In this document: positions 1-10,006 of the stretch, piece after piece
How the letters are laid out: each line of letters begins with the position of its first letter
How positions within the stretch are numbered: the stretch's first letter is position 1
Source: Planctomycetota bacterium
GTDB taxonomy: Bacteria; Planctomycetota; UBA11346
Length of the DNA: 64,000 nucleotides
Direction of reading: 5' to 3'
NCBI GenBank assembly: GCA_038213805.1
Contig: JBBQSO010000002.1
Coordinates: forward strand, 415 to 64,414
Notes under the pieces: generated by a model
Told to the model about the DNA's origin: nothing
The model's database searches: none
The model's input: only the letters and a program-made list of their open reading frames with translations
Program-made: the position numbers and the translations under genes

Positions 1-923
1 GGAATCAACGAGTTATTGCTAAGCTGGGCGAGGATCTCCGAGCGCTCCGATTCTTTCAATTTTGACCCGATGCGGGACCAAATGTCGCCTAGGAGTCGAA
101 CCCCATAATATCTGGGAAGGCCGTGATCGTCAGATCTGACAAAACTCTCCGTTGCGATGGGCAAAATGGACGGCAAGAGACTATCGGGTAGAGCCAATTG
201 GTGTTGAGAAACAACCCAGAGAAAATACGACCTGATGCGCACGGAACGATGTGGGTCGGTCGACCACCGACCCACCTGAGACCAGTGCTCTGCGGACACC
301 GTAGGCCAAGCTTCGACATGATGGAGGAGGCGGTCGATGGCCAGGAAACGTTTCCATTCGGAATTCCCCGGATCAAATGCCCTACCAACTGCCGTGTCCA
401 TGCTGTCTGCGAGTCGTTCCGCACAGGCTATCTGGATCGTGTCGATCATTTCCTTCTGTGCATCGGGAAGTCGAGCAATGCCGTACGTGATTTCCCACTG
501 GCAGACCCGCTCGGGCGAGGTCCACAACCCTCCACTGGGATTTGAGACCGCAAGCACGATGGTTCCCGGGTCGGGTGGCGGTATCAGATCCCAGCCATAA
601 CCAGGGACGCTCGGGAGTACATGTGCGGTCGCGGGATGGGATTCGAAAGCGATGGCTCTGGGGGTACCGCCCAAAACTTCCAGCGTTTCAATCTGTCGTT
701 GCACCAAGGGCTCATGCAGCACATGGGGGACGTTGGTTGATCCCCCATCGCGAATAACGCCGATTTGTACAAAAGCCGGTGGGACCGCGTCGATGGCCTG
801 ACTGAGGCCCGGAATAAACGGCTCGGCAAGGTGCTCTGCGGCCTCAATGGCGCAGCGCGTATGTACGACAAGCGCTACCGCCAGAACTCCACGAAATAGG
901 CGTGGTGGAGTGGATGCGTGCAT
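1..923 (-). CDS. Hypothetical secreted protein, 5' part only (runs off the window edge); not in the ORF track because no stop codon lies inside the window
   Basis: Manual translation of the minus strand from ATG (rc of 921-923) gives 307 codons with no stop down to position 1 (MHASTPPRLFRGVLAVALVVHTRCAIEAAEHLAEPFIPGLSQAIDAVPPAFVQIGVIRDGGSTNV...). N-terminus is signal-peptide-like. Its start overlaps the stop of the upstream gene (TGATG), suggesting an operon. Confidence 0.45.
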   Translation of the reverse strand, partial: MHASTPPRLFRGVLAVALVVHTRCAIEAAEHLAEPFIPGLSQAIDAVPPAFVQIGVIRDGGSTNVPHVLHEPLVQRQIETLEVLGGTPRAIAFESHPATAHVLPSVPGYGWDLIPPPDPGTIVLAVSNPSGGLWTSPERVCQWEITYGIARLPDAQKEMIDTIQIACAERLADSMDTAVGRAFDPGNSEWKRFLAIDRLLHHVEAWPTVSAEHWSQVGRWSTDPHRSVRIRSYFLWVVSQHQLALPDSLLPSILPIATESFVRSDDHGLPRYYGVRLLGDIWSRIGSKLKESERSEILAQLSNNSLI

Positions 924-1816
924 CAGAAGCCGATCAAGTTCGTGGAGTCGGGTCTAGTGGTGTCCTGGCCTACGGTGTCGCCGGTCGAAGCCGCGGTTCC
1001 AGTTGCACCACTGCCATTCGGCGTCGCACTCGCGCTATAGGAAGTGACTGACAAACGGCCATTAACCATGCCATACACCAGATCGACCTGGAACGTCCAG
1101 TCGTAACGCTTTAGCGTTATTGGCGTGCCGACGGGACACTCCCACACGACGAAAATTGAGAATTTTTCAGTCTTAATTGAACTCGTCAGCGTTTGACCAT
1201 TGGCTGTCGGGGGATAGTCAGTCGTTCCAATGGCCGGGAAGTCATTGAATGAGAGGGGGACCGCGTCGCCGCATTTTTTCGGGCTTCCGACGCTGGCCGG
1301 AGAATAGTACGGATACGCCGAACCTGCACCTCCCTGAGGGTCGGAGTCGACCATAGACCCGTGCACGGGATTGCTCGCAGAATCGACAGCCTCTGTGTCA
1401 ATCTTGCCCCCGCCTGAATACGTTGCGGTATGGACATAAGAATTTACATTCTGGATGATTCCGGTCTTGACCTTCTGGCAGCAGACATCGCTGGGTCCTT
1501 TGACCGTGACCTCCCAGAGGAGGGGCCCACCACTACCATTGTGAGCACCGACGGGCGTGCCAGGAGTCGTGGCACCCGCCGATCCGGCAGGAGGACTTGC
1601 GACTCCCGGTGGACTGGGCGGCTCTTTCGTGATCGTGACGTCCAACTGATCGCACGTGCACCCGGAGTTGTTGAGGCGCTTGGGGGTATCGTTGGCGGGC
1701 GGAGGGCCAACGGCAGGAGGAGTCTCCGCCGCCCAGGAGCCGATATCGGCTCCGACCAGAACGAGGATGACGACCAAGCAGGGGGGGAGCAGGCGCAGGC
1801 GACGGGGTGGGTTCAT
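923..1816 (-). CDS. Hypothetical secreted Pro/Thr/Gly-rich protein
   Basis: 297-aa ORF with N-terminal signal peptide (MNPPRRLRLLPPCLVVILVLVGA) and low-complexity P/T/G-rich regions; start ATG at 1814-1816 (rc). Confidence 0.55.
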   Translation of the reverse strand: MNPPRRLRLLPPCLVVILVLVGADIGSWAAETPPAVGPPPANDTPKRLNNSGCTCDQLDVTITKEPPSPPGVASPPAGSAGATTPGTPVGAHNGSGGPLLWEVTVKGPSDVCCQKVKTGIIQNVNSYVHTATYSGGGKIDTEAVDSASNPVHGSMVDSDPQGGAGSAYPYYSPASVGSPKKCGDAVPLSFNDFPAIGTTDYPPTANGQTLTSSIKTEKFSIFVVWECPVGTPITLKRYDWTFQVDLVYGMVNGRLSVTSYSASATPNGSGATGTAASTGDTVGQDTTRPDSTNLIGF

Positions 1817-1862
1817 AGTGGGCTCATTGATGGGGGAGCGCTGGGGAACGATCGAAGTGGTA

Positions 1863-3467
1863 TCACTGCGCCTGGTAAAGATTGGTTCCAGCCTTGCCGG
1901 TCACATTCATGCAGTACATGGTTTCACCGGCCGGCATCATCACCGAGAAATGCAGAATTCCGGATACGAGACCCGTGGCATCGGTAACCTGGGTGAATCC
2001 CGGCTCTCCCAGGGACGTGGCAGCCGACGACGTATTCACCGTGAAGGCCTTCGCGCCGCCAAGGAAGGTAGACGTGTGAGCGAACAGGCTGAAGTCGATC
2101 TCCTCGTTGGGGACAAACGGGGTAATGACCACTGTGGCAAATCCGCGGCGCGTGACAGGATCCACAAGGAGTCCATTGGTGCCTGAGGTATCAATGGAGA
2201 ATGGTACGATCGAGATAGTTCCGATAACTGGACCTCCAGGGCTCAGTCGGGCGACGATTCGGGGATCTCCGAGCTGTTGCAGTGGCGCGATCTGGGAGCG
2301 CTGCCACGTAGCGCCGGAAATACCGTTGGCGACGGTCAGCCAGAGAGAGTCGTTCGCCTCGAACCACAATTTGCCTGCTACAGATGATGGATCAACCGTC
2401 ACATCCACATTGCGCGTGAAGTTGAGGCCGCATGGGATAGCGGGGACGAGGCTGACGTCGACGACATCGACGCCAATACTTCCGAGTTGGGTGCCGGAAC
2501 CGTCTGCGATTTGGATGACGAAGGATCCAGCGGTATCGAATGGAACAGCCTTTTTCGTTGTGCCCGTCGGGAAGGTGATCGCTGGAGCGGTTCCACTGTT
2601 CCGCGTCACAATCGCGGTCGTGACTCCGGTAGGGACCTGCAGGAGGAGCTGGTCGTGGATGCGGATCCGGTAGATGTCAGTGTGCGCATCTTTACCAGCG
2701 ATGGCGGTGGGCGTCCAGGTCACTGCTGCCGTGACAGTATTCCCCTTTGCGCTCACTTGGGTCGTGATGGCAGCATTTGGGGAAAGGGGAACATTCGCGT
2801 AAAACCGCGTCGCCCCAAGAGCGGAAGGCGTGACACTGGTCCCGGACCCGGTCACTACGGGCAGGAGGGTGGGATCTCTCCAGCCCTCGATGTAAGCGGG
2901 CGAAGCGATCGATGCGGTCGGCAGCTGGACATCGATGCCGGTAAGCGGGAAAAGCTGCGTTGCGGGAACGGTTGCCCTGGTCTGACCTGCATATGACCAC
3001 TCGAGAGTCGCCGTCTCTTCGCCAGCTTGCTGCCAGTAGTCCATGCGAATCTTGTAGCGCTTGCCCGCAATGGCTGCGAAGACGTACGTCGAATCGGCAG
3101 CAGAACGGGCAGCCCATGAATCCACAACCAATTGGTCATCGAGCCAAATACGTACGCCGTCGTCGGTCTTGGCAAAAAGTGTGTAGGTGGCAGTCGTCGG
3201 GGTCAGGAGCTCGCCGATCCACCGTGCGCTCCAATATGTAGCGGGGATACCAGCGCCGGGTCCGGTCACTCCCCAATTGAAAGATATTTGCGGCTCGAGT
3301 CGGACAAGGGCCGGCGCGCCGGATAATTGCGTATTGCCATAGTAGTAACCCGTGAGGCCCGTGCCTACCGCGGGAGTCGCCGCCTCGCCGACACCGACGG
3401 CCACGATCCAAGCGAACGCAGCAAGCGTGACGGCACGGAATGATAGCGTGTTATTGCGCGAGTTCAT
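1863..3467 (-). CDS. Secreted PA14 domain-containing protein with Ig-like repeats
   Basis: PA14 signature (GYYYGN...YTLFAKTDDGVRIWLDDQLVVDSW) after a signal peptide. First plausible ATG at 3465-3467 (MNSRNNTLSF...); the track ORF extends to 3497. Confidence 0.7.
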   Translation of the reverse strand: MNSRNNTLSFRAVTLAAFAWIVAVGVGEAATPAVGTGLTGYYYGNTQLSGAPALVRLEPQISFNWGVTGPGAGIPATYWSARWIGELLTPTTATYTLFAKTDDGVRIWLDDQLVVDSWAARSAADSTYVFAAIAGKRYKIRMDYWQQAGEETATLEWSYAGQTRATVPATQLFPLTGIDVQLPTASIASPAYIEGWRDPTLLPVVTGSGTSVTPSALGATRFYANVPLSPNAAITTQVSAKGNTVTAAVTWTPTAIAGKDAHTDIYRIRIHDQLLLQVPTGVTTAIVTRNSGTAPAITFPTGTTKKAVPFDTAGSFVIQIADGSGTQLGSIGVDVVDVSLVPAIPCGLNFTRNVDVTVDPSSVAGKLWFEANDSLWLTVANGISGATWQRSQIAPLQQLGDPRIVARLSPGGPVIGTISIVPFSIDTSGTNGLLVDPVTRRGFATVVITPFVPNEEIDFSLFAHTSTFLGGAKAFTVNTSSAATSLGEPGFTQVTDATGLVSGILHFSVMMPAGETMYCMNVTGKAGTNLYQAQ

Positions 3468-3548
3468 GAAGAGACCCCTGGGAATTTCTGCGAGCATCGA
3501 CGGATGGGTACATTTGCAAGAGGTTTAATTCAGAGGCCGTAGAGTCCT

Positions 3549-3566
3549 TCACATACTGATGTGAAT
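3549..3566. promoter_or_regulatory. Perfect palindrome TTCACAT-N4-ATGTGAA in the divergent promoter region between the PA14 gene and the HEAT gene; candidate operator
   Basis: ttcacatACTGatgtgaa read directly from the sequence. It lies between two divergently transcribed genes (starts at 3467 minus and 3740 plus). Confidence 0.3.
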
Positions 3567-3739
3567 GCGGCAAGTGGATGTGACTCAGAAGTGATGCGCG
3601 ATCGCGGAACGTCCGCAGCGCACAACCCTGGAAGCCTGTTTCCGGCAGGCCCGTTATTACGAAGTCGATGGGGGTCTTGGCAAAATGTCATCGCACGTCA
3701 CCATCGACTCGCGTTCGAAAACGATAGCTTGGGGTCGTC

Positions 3740-4684
3740 ATGACAATCTCGCGCAAGGATTTGGCAATCGGGCTGGCCATCACGGTATCGGTCTGCGTGG
3801 CCACGCTCTCGCTTGCGCGGCTCACGGCGCCCTCAAAGTATCGGGTTGATGAGGCGGCTGTTCATGCCCAGGCGACCGATCCCATCAACGATCGCGCACC
3901 TGGCTCGCTGCCGGTAGTTACGCCAGTGCCGGATAAGCCCGCACTCCCGCCTTCGTCCGCCGAGCTGTCGAAATTTCTGGATCGTGACGCCTCTGTCAAT
4001 CAGAGGACGGAGAATTTGGATCTCCGCATTCCTCTCCTCGTGAAGCCTTCGGATATAACCTGGGTGCGGTATGTGCTCAGGGACCCCGGCGAGCACGATA
4101 CGGTGCGGCACGAGGCGATCATGTTGCTGACGCGGTCTCATTACGCTGAGCTCGTGAACGATCTAGCCGAGATTTTGCGAGATCCCAGGGAACGGAGCCG
4201 TTTTCGCGCCTTCTGCGCGCAAGCGGTTGGAGTCGCGATGAAGGAATCCGACACCGAGGACCTCAGAGAGACTAGCCGCAAGATCTTGAAATACCTTGTC
4301 CGCGACCGGGATGTGGAGGTGCGCCGGGAATCCCTCTATGGACTCGTTACCGCTGGCGATGTGGAGACACGCGAGCTCGTCAGTCGCGCTGATCTCTCCT
4401 CCGAGAGCTATGCCGGAATGAGGGATTTGTTGATCCGCTGTTGGAGTGATATGGGTTGTAAGGACAGAATCACAGACATCCGCCAATCGGCTTATAGTCT
4501 CGATATCACTATGAAGATATCAGCATTGAATGTGCTGGGCGAGTGGCATGACGACCAGAGCCTGCCCGCTATGCAGGAAGCATGCCATTCTCCTATCTTC
4601 GCCATCAAGCAGGCGGGTCTCTTAGCGCAACGAAGGCTGCAAACGACGCCCACTGCGAGTGAGAGCGATCACGCCGCGCCCTGA
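3740..4684 (+). CDS. Membrane-anchored HEAT-repeat protein
   Basis: N-terminal transmembrane segment (LAIGLAITVSVCVATLSLA) followed by repeated helical HEAT/PBS-lyase-like units (VRHEAIMLL..., VEVRRESLYGLV...). Confidence 0.6.
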   Translation: MTISRKDLAIGLAITVSVCVATLSLARLTAPSKYRVDEAAVHAQATDPINDRAPGSLPVVTPVPDKPALPPSSAELSKFLDRDASVNQRTENLDLRIPLLVKPSDITWVRYVLRDPGEHDTVRHEAIMLLTRSHYAELVNDLAEILRDPRERSRFRAFCAQAVGVAMKESDTEDLRETSRKILKYLVRDRDVEVRRESLYGLVTAGDVETRELVSRADLSSESYAGMRDLLIRCWSDMGCKDRITDIRQSAYSLDITMKISALNVLGEWHDDQSLPAMQEACHSPIFAIKQAGLLAQRRLQTTPTASESDHAAP

Positions 4685-4878
4685 TCGGCTAGACAATCCT
4701 ATCCCATCCGTCTCCCCTGGAATGCAGGGCTACGCGATCTCATTCATACGTATACCAACAGATCGTCGTGGCCGTTCATCGAAGCAGCCAGGGGAGCAGG
4801 GGGCATCTCCGGATGGTGGCGGTGGGGGTGGTGGGCGCCGGTCTCAGTTCTTCGCGCAGGCTGCTCGCGGAGCCCGCC

Positions 4879-6043
4879 TAGTACATCGTCCGTAAAATTC
4901 GCGGTATATTTGCTCTGTTAATCCGCTGGCGATGCTCTACGAAAGAGAATGCGCGCCAACTCTCGAATAGTCCGCCTCTCCCCCACTGAGCACTCGGCTC
5001 TCTGCGAGATTGTCGGTCGGGTTCAATCTCCTGCGGGTCTCGCCCAACGAGCGCGCATCATCCTGCTCGCCTCGGAAGGCGTTAACCAGCGCGAAATCGG
5101 TCGTCGGTTGGGCTGCCACTTCGGGAATGTGAACAAATGGCTCACTCGATGGGATTTGGGCCGCATCGCCGCCTTGGAAGACGGCGCGCGCTCCGGCCGT
5201 CCGCCCGCATGGACAATTGCTGATATCCAGCGAGTGGTCACAACGGTCTGCACTGAGCCTCCGTCCCACCTATCGCGATGGAGCGTTCGCACGCTGGCCG
5301 ACCACCTCAAAATGCCACCGTCTACCGTGCACGAGGTTATGCAGGATCATGATTTGCACCCACATCGCCTGCGCACCTTCACCTTCAGCCCCGACCCGAA
5401 ATTTGAAGACAAGCTCTTGGAAGTGGTGGGGCTGTACATGAATCCACCGGAGAATGCCCTAGTTCTCTGTGTGGATGAGAAGACCGGAATACAAGCCCTC
5501 GATCGTACTCAGCCAGTGATTCCACCGGGTCCGAGAAAACCCCGGGCGTGGACCAACGAGTACGTCCGGCATGGAACCAAGACGCTCATCGCGTCTTTGG
5601 ACGTGGCTTCCGGAGAAGTCTTTGGCCACGTAACCGATCGCAGAACTTCCAAAGATTTCCTGCACTTCATGGATGACCTGGCCAAGAAGTACGCCGGACA
5701 GCGACTCTGCGTGATCATGGACAACTTGAACACTCACAAAAACGAGGCTGCGCAGGAGTGGCTCGCGCGGTATCCAGGGGTAACCTTCCATTACACCCCG
5801 ACGCACGCATCCTGGACCAATCTCATCGAATGTTTCTTCAGCATCATGACGCGCCAGGGATTGCAGCAGGCCGTCCATAACTCGACGAAGGCATTGGCCA
5901 AGTTCCTCAAACGCTACATTATGGAATATAACAAGCGCTGCGGTCCATTCGCCTGGACAGCCGGACCCGCAAAGCTCAGAAAGATAATTCGCCTGACAAA
6001 GCGTTTTCAGAAACATACCTCTAACTAATCGGACGATGTACTA
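4879..6043 (+). mobile_element. IS630-family insertion sequence, apparently intact, with TA target-site duplication
   Basis: Terminal inverted repeats gtacatcgtccg (4881-4892) and cggacgatgtac (6030-6041) are exact reverse complements. They are flanked by TA (4879-4880) and TA (6042-6043), the IS630/Tc1 hallmark. The element carries a single DDE transposase ORF. Confidence 0.85.
4949..6028 (+). CDS. IS630-family (Tc1/mariner-like) DDE transposase
   Basis: 359 aa with an N-terminal HTH and a C-terminal DDE region (LCVDEKTGIQAL...CVIMDNLNTHKN...HYTPTHASWTNLIECFF), typical of IS630 transposases. Confidence 0.9.
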   Translation: MRANSRIVRLSPTEHSALCEIVGRVQSPAGLAQRARIILLASEGVNQREIGRRLGCHFGNVNKWLTRWDLGRIAALEDGARSGRPPAWTIADIQRVVTTVCTEPPSHLSRWSVRTLADHLKMPPSTVHEVMQDHDLHPHRLRTFTFSPDPKFEDKLLEVVGLYMNPPENALVLCVDEKTGIQALDRTQPVIPPGPRKPRAWTNEYVRHGTKTLIASLDVASGEVFGHVTDRRTSKDFLHFMDDLAKKYAGQRLCVIMDNLNTHKNEAAQEWLARYPGVTFHYTPTHASWTNLIECFFSIMTRQGLQQAVHNSTKALAKFLKRYIMEYNKRCGPFAWTAGPAKLRKIIRLTKRFQKHTSN

Positions 6044-6450
6044 GTGTCATTATGCCCCGCATTATTGCGCCATCACGATGCCAATAGCTTCGTTTTTTGG
6101 GCAAAGCCTATGCCTCTCAGGCACCTGCGCACCCTTGCAGGAGCCGCGGCGCATATGAGGACTGCACGACATCGCCCCGCCGACAGCGAGCTGCCGTACC
6201 CACGGAAGCGCACCGACCCCTACCGCAGCCAGGCCAGCGACATTGCAGCGCGCCTGTATGCGCAGCGTTACGGGATGATGGCCCCGCCGCCCGCCCTGGC
6301 CCAGGGCCTGGTCAGCGGCAACGACGAGATCCAGCTGAGCCTCAGTCCTGTCGGCAAGATCCATGACGCCCAACGGGTGGCTGCATCGGACACCGAAGAC
6401 CCACAGGCATAGCGGGGTGGAAAGCGGCACGCACAGCATGAGGCGGGAAC

Positions 6451-9400
6451 ATGAGTAGACATTCTCAAACAAACGTCATGCACCATGCAAACCCTGCACG
6501 TCTTTCCCTATTTTCTGTCGTATTCTTATTGCTGGCTGGCGCTCAGGGTGAGGTGGTTGCAGAGACCAATCCCTACACGGGCTGGGAACACAGCGGCGCG
6601 ATAACCATCTTGACCACTCCAGAAGGCGCCAACCTACCGGCCACGGCGATCCTTAAGGGATTTCCGCTCCTGGTGCGATTGCATACGGATTGGTTCGATT
6701 TCAGCCAAGCTAAGCCGAAGGGTGAAGACATCCGCTTCTCGACCACCGCTGGCGCACCGCTGGCCTATCAGATCGAGCATTGGGATGAGGCCGGTGGCAC
6801 CGCCTGCATATGGGTGCGGATCCCGATCATCGTCGGAAATTCGCGACAGCAGATGATGATGCATTGGGGGAAAAAAACTGCACTCAGTGAGTCGCGTGGA
6901 AGTGCAGTTTTCAATGCAACCAATGACTTCGCAAGCGTCATCCATATGAATGACGAACTGAAGGACGAGCTCGGAACAGTCACGCCGCAAAATAACGGAA
7001 CCGTCAAGGTAATAGGCGTGCTCGGCGAGGCGCGTCATTTCGCTGCGGGAAATGGCATCACCTGCGGTGATAAGATCCGAGGATTCCCGTTCAGCGACGG
7101 TTCGTTCACCTCTGAAGCGTGGTTTCGCAGCGAAGGAACCAATTCGACTATCGTCTATTGGGGAAGATACGCGACGCGTTTCAACGGCAATACGGGCGAC
7201 GGGAATGAAGTCGACATCCACCTCACATCGCCGGCAGTCCTTTCCATGGCAACCGATGGGCCCGGTGGCGTGACTGCCGCAACCCCTGCAACGCTGGGTC
7301 GTTGGAGCCATGTCGCGGTCACCTACGACAACGGCACCAGCCTGATCTACGTTGACGGGAAAGTTGATGGAAAAAAATATGAAAAATCAGCCATGTCGAT
7401 CGTCAAAGAGATCGGCATGTGTATCGGCGGTATGCGTGGTGAAAATTTCCGCTTCGCTGGCGACATCGACGAGGTGCGGATCTCGCACGTCGCGCGCTCC
7501 GCCGATTGGATTCGACTGCAGTATGAAAACCAGAAGCCCTTGCAGTCCGTGGTTGGTCCGTTGGCGCAGAATGGCACAGAATTCTCCGTGATTCCGGAAA
7601 CCATCAAAGTGTCTGAAGGGAAGAGCGCCAACTTTTCGGCAAAAGCCGGGGGAGCACAGAAAATCTATTGGATTCTTACATGCGATGGCGTCACGACAGT
7701 GGCGGCCGTCGACCGATTTTTTTTCACTCTGCATGCTGGCCGGGTGACCAAGGACGTGTCAATGACCCTCACCCTCAAGGCGGTCTTCGCCAATGAGGTC
7801 AAGACCAAGGACATCCCGGTTACCATCACCGAAGACCTGCCGGAACCAGTGATCACACTCACTGCACCAAAGACCTGGAATGGCCGGGACACCATCGAGG
7901 TGGTGCCGACCATCAGCAATCTTGAGGCCCTGAAAGCCAAGGGCGTCGGCGGGATAATCTATCGCTGGCGCGTTGCTGGTGGCGCCGTGACCAAGGAGGC
8001 CCTGCCGGGGAAGCTGGTCCTCAAGCGATCGCAGTACAGCGGTCCCATCACGGTCACGCTCTACGCAAACAATGGCGGCAAAGATACCGTCGCGAGCACA
8101 GATATCGCCGTAAGTGAGCCGGTCAGCGATCCCTGGGTTCAGCGGATTCCGAACACAAATGAAAAGCCCGTGGACAATCAATTCTATGCGCGAGACGACA
8201 TGGACGAAGGAACGCTCTATTATCAGGGATCCATGGATGAGGCTGTCGATTTGGTGATTCTGAGACTTTCCGCCAATGGCATACTGGTAAAAACTGAAAA
8301 GCAGAAGCCTGGCGCAGACAGGAAATATGCCTTCACCATAAAATTAAAGCCTGGATTGATTCGCTATGCAGTAGAGTTATCGGCAAAAAAAGGTGGCGAA
8401 AAAGTGATAGTGAATACCGTGAAAAATATCATTTGTGGCGATGCCTATATCATTGATGGTCAATCCAATGCCGAAGCTACAGGACCAAACAACGGTCCTG
8501 ACATCGATCCGCCGACGGCGCACAATGATTGGATTCGCAGCTATGGAAACCAGCATTCCGGATTGGTGACCGGCGGATGGGGGAACGCGATCCGGACGCG
8601 CATTTGGGGTCAGCCCGATTACGGATTCTGCCAGATCGGCGCCTGGGGCATGGTGCTCGCCGAACACCTGGTGGCGACGCACCACATTCCGGTCTGCATC
8701 ATCAATGGCTCGTACGGCGGAACCCGGATCGATCAGCACCAACCCAATCCGTCCGATCGCCATGACACCAGTGGCGACAGTCCCGACAGCAACAGCTACA
8801 AGATCTACGGCAGCCTGTTGTCGCGCATCGAGGCAGCCAGGTTGACTCACGGAATTCGCGCAGTGTTCTGGCATCAGGGGGAGAACAATCAGGGCTCGGC
8901 CTCCCCTACCGGGGACTACGATTGGAAATCGTATCAGCAATATTTTATGGATATGGCGGCGAACTGGAAACAAGACTACCCAAACCTCAGAAATTATTAC
9001 CTCTGGCAGATCTGGCCCGACGCCTGCGACATGGGCGGCACGGAAGCGGGCGACATGTTGTTGGAAGTACAGCGCACGCTGCCTTTGCTCTTTTCACACA
9101 TGCGCATCATGTCGACGCTCGGAATTGTCAGCGGCTCAAGTAGTTCCGGCCTCTGCCACTTCGACCTGGAAGGCTATGCGCAGATTGCCACGTTGATGAG
9201 CCCCTTGGTGGAGCAAGACCTTTATGGCATGAATCCTTCCGTGGAAATGGCCGCGCCGAATCTCAAGCGCGCATGGTTTACCAGCGAAAAGCACGATGAG
9301 ATCGTTCTGGATTTCGCCCAGCCGATGAACTGGAAAGATGGCTGCGATGCCTGGTTCACATGTAATGAAGTCCAGGCGCCGATCAGGGCGGGAAAAGCAC

Positions 9401-9567
9401 TCGACCACATGATCACTCTGCAATTGTCTGCTCCGACTACCGCCACGAGCATTTCGTACCTGTCGGGGGGAAATTGGGACGGACGTCCCGATAGACTGGT
9501 GTACGGCACCAATGGCGTCGCGGCCTTGGCATTTTCGAGAGTGACGATAGACGGTCCCGGCAAATGA
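6451..9567 (+). CDS. Large secreted multi-domain protein: DUF2341 + concanavalin/LamG-like + C-terminal sialate O-acetylesterase (SASA/SGNH-like) domain
   Basis: Signal peptide; DUF2341 motifs (FPLLVRLHTDWFDF...YQIEHWDEAGGTACIWVRIP); LamG-like core (GRWSHVAVTYDNGTSLIYVDG); C-terminal GQSN motif (YIIDGQSNAEATGPNNGP) of the sialate 9-O-acetylesterase family. GC content is about 50%, much lower than the rest of the window. Confidence 0.75.
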   Translation: MSRHSQTNVMHHANPARLSLFSVVFLLLAGAQGEVVAETNPYTGWEHSGAITILTTPEGANLPATAILKGFPLLVRLHTDWFDFSQAKPKGEDIRFSTTAGAPLAYQIEHWDEAGGTACIWVRIPIIVGNSRQQMMMHWGKKTALSESRGSAVFNATNDFASVIHMNDELKDELGTVTPQNNGTVKVIGVLGEARHFAAGNGITCGDKIRGFPFSDGSFTSEAWFRSEGTNSTIVYWGRYATRFNGNTGDGNEVDIHLTSPAVLSMATDGPGGVTAATPATLGRWSHVAVTYDNGTSLIYVDGKVDGKKYEKSAMSIVKEIGMCIGGMRGENFRFAGDIDEVRISHVARSADWIRLQYENQKPLQSVVGPLAQNGTEFSVIPETIKVSEGKSANFSAKAGGAQKIYWILTCDGVTTVAAVDRFFFTLHAGRVTKDVSMTLTLKAVFANEVKTKDIPVTITEDLPEPVITLTAPKTWNGRDTIEVVPTISNLEALKAKGVGGIIYRWRVAGGAVTKEALPGKLVLKRSQYSGPITVTLYANNGGKDTVASTDIAVSEPVSDPWVQRIPNTNEKPVDNQFYARDDMDEGTLYYQGSMDEAVDLVILRLSANGILVKTEKQKPGADRKYAFTIKLKPGLIRYAVELSAKKGGEKVIVNTVKNIICGDAYIIDGQSNAEATGPNNGPDIDPPTAHNDWIRSYGNQHSGLVTGGWGNAIRTRIWGQPDYGFCQIGAWGMVLAEHLVATHHIPVCIINGSYGGTRIDQHQPNPSDRHDTSGDSPDSNSYKIYGSLLSRIEAARLTHGIRAVFWHQGENNQGSASPTGDYDWKSYQQYFMDMAANWKQDYPNLRNYYLWQIWPDACDMGGTEAGDMLLEVQRTLPLLFSHMRIMSTLGIVSGSSSSGLCHFDLEGYAQIATLMSPLVEQDLYGMNPSVEMAAPNLKRAWFTSEKHDEIVLDFAQPMNWKDGCDAWFTCNEVQAPIRAGKALDHMITLQLSAPTTATSISYLSGGNWDGRPDRLVYGTNGVAALAFSRVTIDGPGK

Positions 9568-10006
9568 ATATCGGCAGACGCAGCGATGACAGCATTCCAT
9601 AATTCAGGAAAATTTCATTTTTATAACCCGCATTCCACTGTTGCTCAGAAACCACGGCAATGGCCAGGTCCGATTTTCGCTATCGTGGAACATGCTTCAG
9701 GACGGGATGGTGCTTCGCCAGCGCTATCGCCTTCATAGCCGCCTTGACCGCGTTCACCCGTTAGTCATTGATCTCGCCTTCGGGAAATCACCGCGTTGGC
9801 ATTGCTTGTTGAATGAACCAATCAGGGCACTCAGCCGGTGGATCGCGCCCTGGGCGACCGAACCGTAACTCACAATCTCAGGATCCTCGTCGTCCGAAAT
9901 GGAAAATTTTCATTAATCGCCTAGCAGGCGATACCTGATCTAACAAGATAAACGAAGAAACGGAGGAGGACATCGATTCAGTAAAAAAAAACGAAATGGA
10001 TAAAAA

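Noticed and set aside
60-110. tRNA-like T-loop sequence (GGTTCGACTCC on the minus strand)
   Set aside because: Flanking bases do not form a T-stem or acceptor stem, and the segment lies inside a continuous protein-coding frame.
6062-6472. 136-aa minus-strand ORF in the GC-rich spacer right of the IS630 element
   Set aside because: No start context or homology; it overlaps the plus-frame ORF that is reconstituted across the IS630 insertion; probably a chance ORF.
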